The notes beneath the pieces were generated by a model, which searched no databases, was not told the origin of the DNA, and worked only from the letters and a program-made list of their open reading frames with translations. Both the position numbers and the translations under genes were made by a program. A DNA stretch of 45,727 nt. Origin: an uncultured Gammaproteobacteria bacterium. GTDB lineage: Bacteria; Cyanobacteriota; Vampirovibrionia; Gastranaerophilales; Gastranaerophilaceae. Below are positions 42,888-45,727 of the stretch, one piece after another. The first letter of the stretch is position 1. Every line of letters starts with the position of its first letter. The stretch is taken from assembly GCA_964470205.1 (NCBI GenBank), contig CAYYBA010000001.1, forward strand, positions 1-45,727, given 5' to 3'.

Positions 42888-44354
42888 CTAAGACTTTTTA
42901 TCGTCATCGTAATGGGCAACGCCGGGGAATTCATTTCTGCCAGTCACTCTTTTGGTTATATAGTATTGAACTCTGGGTATTGCAAAGGCTAGAATTGAAC
43001 CTGAGAGTATAATGCCAAGGCCCGTAAACACAGAAGTAAGAACCAGATTTCTTTTTGCAAGTTTTTGGATTAATCCGGCATCAACGCGCTCAATATTGTG
43101 TCTTTTAGCATAATCGCAAACAGATTGAATGAAGTTATCAATTGAACCTCTTATATTTTCAAGGCTTTTGCGGCTTACAAATTTCTTCGGGTTAGTGACT
43201 TTGCCATCCGTTGCAAGATTAAGCGTTTCTTTTAAGAAGTCGGGACTGCTTATCCAGTTGTCGGATAAAATATCGCGCACCTGCATTTGCGTTAAAACAC
43301 TTCTTCCATCCCTTTGAGGCTGCAGAGCAGCCATTTTTCTTGCTTTTTCAATTGTACTGGTGCCAATTTTGCCCGCCATTGAACTTATAAAATTATCCAA
43401 CATGATAACTTTATCTTTTGAATCTTTAAAAAGACTCTCAACTGCATCGCTCTTTGTTTTTTCAAGTGCTTGTTTTGCAAATTCATCAACGCCCAATCCC
43501 TCAGAACCAAGCTTTGTGCCCAATAATTCCGCTGTTTTTAGCAGAGCCTGCGGGTGAATATTTTTGTTGCGGGTAATACCGTTTAAAACGCTCATTAAAT
43601 TATCTGCAAAAAACATATAAAAATAAATCGAGGTTGTATCTCTAAATAAAAATTCGCGTCTTTCATGTTTGTTTCTGGCATTTGCGCTCCTGCCCCCCAC
43701 GACTCCGATATCAGTTGATAAAAGCCTCCATGTGCGGTTATTTTCAAGGTTGTTTGAAGCTACCAAAAGTTTATCCATAATAGCTGCTGAAGATTTAAAA
43801 GACATATTTTGCGCATCGCATTTTTCACCATTTACAAATTTATCACCATTATGTGCCTGTTCACAGGCTTTTTTTCTTTTTGCGTCTTTTTCAAGTGAAT
43901 TTTTAGTTATCTTTTGAGTTATTTTGGGCAGCACAAAACCTATAAATAAGGTTGAAAGTGCCGCACTCCCGAAAATCTTGCCGAATTTGAACGCAGCTGT
44001 AGCTGTCTTTTTATCTTTTACAAGGTCTTTAAAGGGACGTCTAAGGCTGTCTTCGCCTATATCTACATCCAAATCTTTTAAACCCATTACGTTTTTACCT
44101 ATAAAATCGCCGACTTTATTTAAAACCTTGACACCCCAAAGCCACACAACAGCGCTTACACCTTGTTCCACAAAACGTTCTGTTGCTTCCGTCTTGCCTC
44201 CTCGCTTCTGGGCTTCATAAGTTCTTCCGCCTGTTACAAGAGATTCAATTAACAAAATAGGAAGAATTTTATCGGGATTTCTAAATGTAGATAAAGGCTT
44301 CGCCCATTTTGATAATTTGGCAGTATCTATTTGGGTTAATTTGCTTACATTCAC
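42888..44354 (-). CDS. hypothetical membrane protein
   Basis: 488-aa ORF with hydrophobic segments (SAVVWLWGV, AALSTLFIGFVL, VFTGLGIILSGSILAFAI). No family recognised. Confidence 0.5.
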   Translation of the reverse strand: MNVSKLTQIDTAKLSKWAKPLSTFRNPDKILPILLIESLVTGGRTYEAQKRGGKTEATERFVEQGVSAVVWLWGVKVLNKVGDFIGKNVMGLKDLDVDIGEDSLRRPFKDLVKDKKTATAAFKFGKIFGSAALSTLFIGFVLPKITQKITKNSLEKDAKRKKACEQAHNGDKFVNGEKCDAQNMSFKSSAAIMDKLLVASNNLENNRTWRLLSTDIGVVGGRSANARNKHERREFLFRDTTSIYFYMFFADNLMSVLNGITRNKNIHPQALLKTAELLGTKLGSEGLGVDEFAKQALEKTKSDAVESLFKDSKDKVIMLDNFISSMAGKIGTSTIEKARKMAALQPQRDGRSVLTQMQVRDILSDNWISSPDFLKETLNLATDGKVTNPKKFVSRKSLENIRGSIDNFIQSVCDYAKRHNIERVDAGLIQKLAKRNLVLTSVFTGLGIILSGSILAFAIPRVQYYITKRVTGRNEFPGVAHYDDDKKS

Positions 44355-44460
44355 TTCGGTTTAATTTCATTAACTATCTTACTTTATTACAAAACTTGAA
44401 AAAAAATTTTTTTGCGTCAAGAAAAGCAATTAGTTTATCTTTTGGGGATATTTAACTATA

Positions 44461-45135
44461 TTAAGCTTTTACCAAAGATTCTTCATTTATTTTATAACCG
44501 GTTGATTGTGAAATTTCTTCACACCAGAGTTTTAAAATTTCTTCATCGCTTTTTTTATAAGAAATAGGTTTGCCGATTTTTACTCTAACCTCTTTCCTTT
44601 TTAAGAATTTCCAATTATACCCTTCAAAACCAGTAATCGAGATAGGTAAAATATCGCGCTCGGCCATTTTTGCAAACATAATAAACCCATGGTTAATTTC
44701 TTCCAGAGTTTTATTTTTCTTAATTCCGCCCTGAGGAAAAATCCCGAGGCTCCAATTTGTTTTGAGCACCTCTTTAACGGAGCGGATTGTTGAAATTTCA
44801 GGCTTTTCACGGTTCACCGAAAACGCTCCCAGCCTGTCCATATTCTTTGCAATGTAATCACTGCTCTCAAAAAGTTCTTTTTTTGCCATATAGGAAAGAG
44901 GTTTTCCTAAGGCGATTGAAACCAAAAATACATCCAGGTAAGAAATATGGTTTGGTGATACAATGTAGCTTTTATTTTTTTCGATGTTCTCTCTGCCTAC
45001 AAATTTAAATTTATAAAACCAAATTGTAGCAAGCCGAAAAACGACATGTATAGCATAAATCTGATACAACCTTGTTAGAAAATTTAATTCTTTTGCCTTT
45101 TTTTTAGCATAATTTTTAACCATTTTCTGCTCCAA
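44461..45135 (-). CDS. plsC: 1-acyl-sn-glycerol-3-phosphate acyltransferase
   Basis: SPNHISYLDV (HX4D) and GIFPQGG motifs. Confidence 0.8.
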   Translation of the reverse strand: MEQKMVKNYAKKKAKELNFLTRLYQIYAIHVVFRLATIWFYKFKFVGRENIEKNKSYIVSPNHISYLDVFLVSIALGKPLSYMAKKELFESSDYIAKNMDRLGAFSVNREKPEISTIRSVKEVLKTNWSLGIFPQGGIKKNKTLEEINHGFIMFAKMAERDILPISITGFEGYNWKFLKRKEVRVKIGKPISYKKSDEEILKLWCEEISQSTGYKINEESLVKA

Positions 45136-45727
45136 TCCGGGCTAATTCGGTTACTTTTTCTTTCCAAATTCTCGCCATTTCATCGCTGTCTTCTATACAG
45201 GGTATAGGTTCGCCTATTCTTATTACTATTTTGCCTTCAAACGGTTTTCTGTCTTCCTTTTTAGCGCCTGATATACCGACGGGCAAAATCGGGCATTTCA
45301 AAATTTTTGCAATTCCGACAAAGCCCATTGCAACATTTTCCAGACTATCATCAAGATCCCTTGTCCCCTGCGGGAAAAGCCCCAAAAGCCAGCCTGTTTC
45401 CTTTATGCCTATTGCTGTTTTAATAGTTGAAACACTTAATTTATCACGGTTCACCGCAAAAGCTCCAAGCCAATCCAGGAAAAAACGCGTAACCGGTTTT
45501 TCAAAAAGTTCCTGCTTTGCCATATAAGCTATGGGGCGCCCAACCGCGTCAATCACCAAAAAAGGGTCTATGGCCGAGATATGGTTTGAGGCTATAATTA
45601 CAAAATCTTTTTTAGGGACATTTTCTCTGCCTATAATTTCAAACCCGCATACAATGCGATAATAAATATCGTATGCAACTTTAACCGTTAACCACTGAAA
45701 AACTCTTCTAAATAAATTATATTCTTT
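45116..45727 (-). CDS. plsC: second 1-acylglycerol-3-phosphate acyltransferase paralog (5' end outside window)
   Basis: The frame stays open from 45559 to the window edge and reads IIASNHISAIDPFLV (HX4D). GLFPQGTRD motif. Overlaps the downstream paralog by 20 nt. Confidence 0.75.
   Translation of the reverse strand, partial: KEYNLFRRVFQWLTVKVAYDIYYRIVCGFEIIGRENVPKKDFVIIASNHISAIDPFLVIDAVGRPIAYMAKQELFEKPVTRFFLDWLGAFAVNRDKLSVSTIKTAIGIKETGWLLGLFPQGTRDLDDSLENVAMGFVGIAKILKCPILPVGISGAKKEDRKPFEGKIVIRIGEPIPCIEDSDEMARIWKEKVTELARIGAENG

Noticed and set aside
1-45727. Search for tRNA, rRNA, tmRNA, RNase P or SRP RNA, CRISPR arrays and IS elements
   Set aside because: None of the intergenic regions shows tRNA-like T-arm or acceptor features, rRNA-like sequence, regular repeat-spacer arrays, or transposase ORFs with terminal inverted repeats.

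Overview
AT-rich, tightly packed chromosomal segment from a diderm (LPS-making) bacterium. No rRNA, tRNA, CRISPR array, transposase or integrase was found. From memory only, the Ycf23-like DUF561 protein, stand-alone Clp_N protein, HydG and many GFTLAEVLITLAIIGVVAALTIP-type pseudopilins resemble Melainabacteria/Vampirovibrionia- or Elusimicrobia-like genomes. This needs a database search.

Housekeeping content: purA (3' part), gpmI, rplJ-rplL, rplS-rbgA-rnhB, lepB, a polyprenyl synthase, an M29 aminopeptidase, lpxD-lpxC-fabZ-lpxA, a heptose-1-P adenylyltransferase, folE2, an amino-acid ABC binding protein and two tandem plsC paralogs.

Observations worth a second look:
1. Eight dispersed prepilin-type (type IV pilin-like) genes. 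Five sit directly next to a small XRE-family HTH gene, forming repeated pilin+regulator modules wedged between housekeeping operons.
2. One of these pilins is in frame, with no stop codon, behind a YkgJ/FliB-family CxxCxxCC protein.
3. A visibly more AT-rich glycan-synthesis block of about 10 kb (15952-24946). It holds GT11, a GT-A protein, an exostosin-like protein, GT2, an RgpF-like protein and two methyltransferases. It also holds a translationally coupled pair of a nucleotidyltransferase-like and a ParB/Srx-like protein.
4. The right edge of that block is a helicase fragment fused head-to-head to a 5'-truncated pilin gene.
5. hydG is split at an A7 run.
6. Two GC-rich structured elements each begin 2-3 nt after a stop codon with the same 10-mer.
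7. There is a two-member family of small RWYD-repeat proteins embedded in operons.

All functional calls rest on motif recognition by eye.
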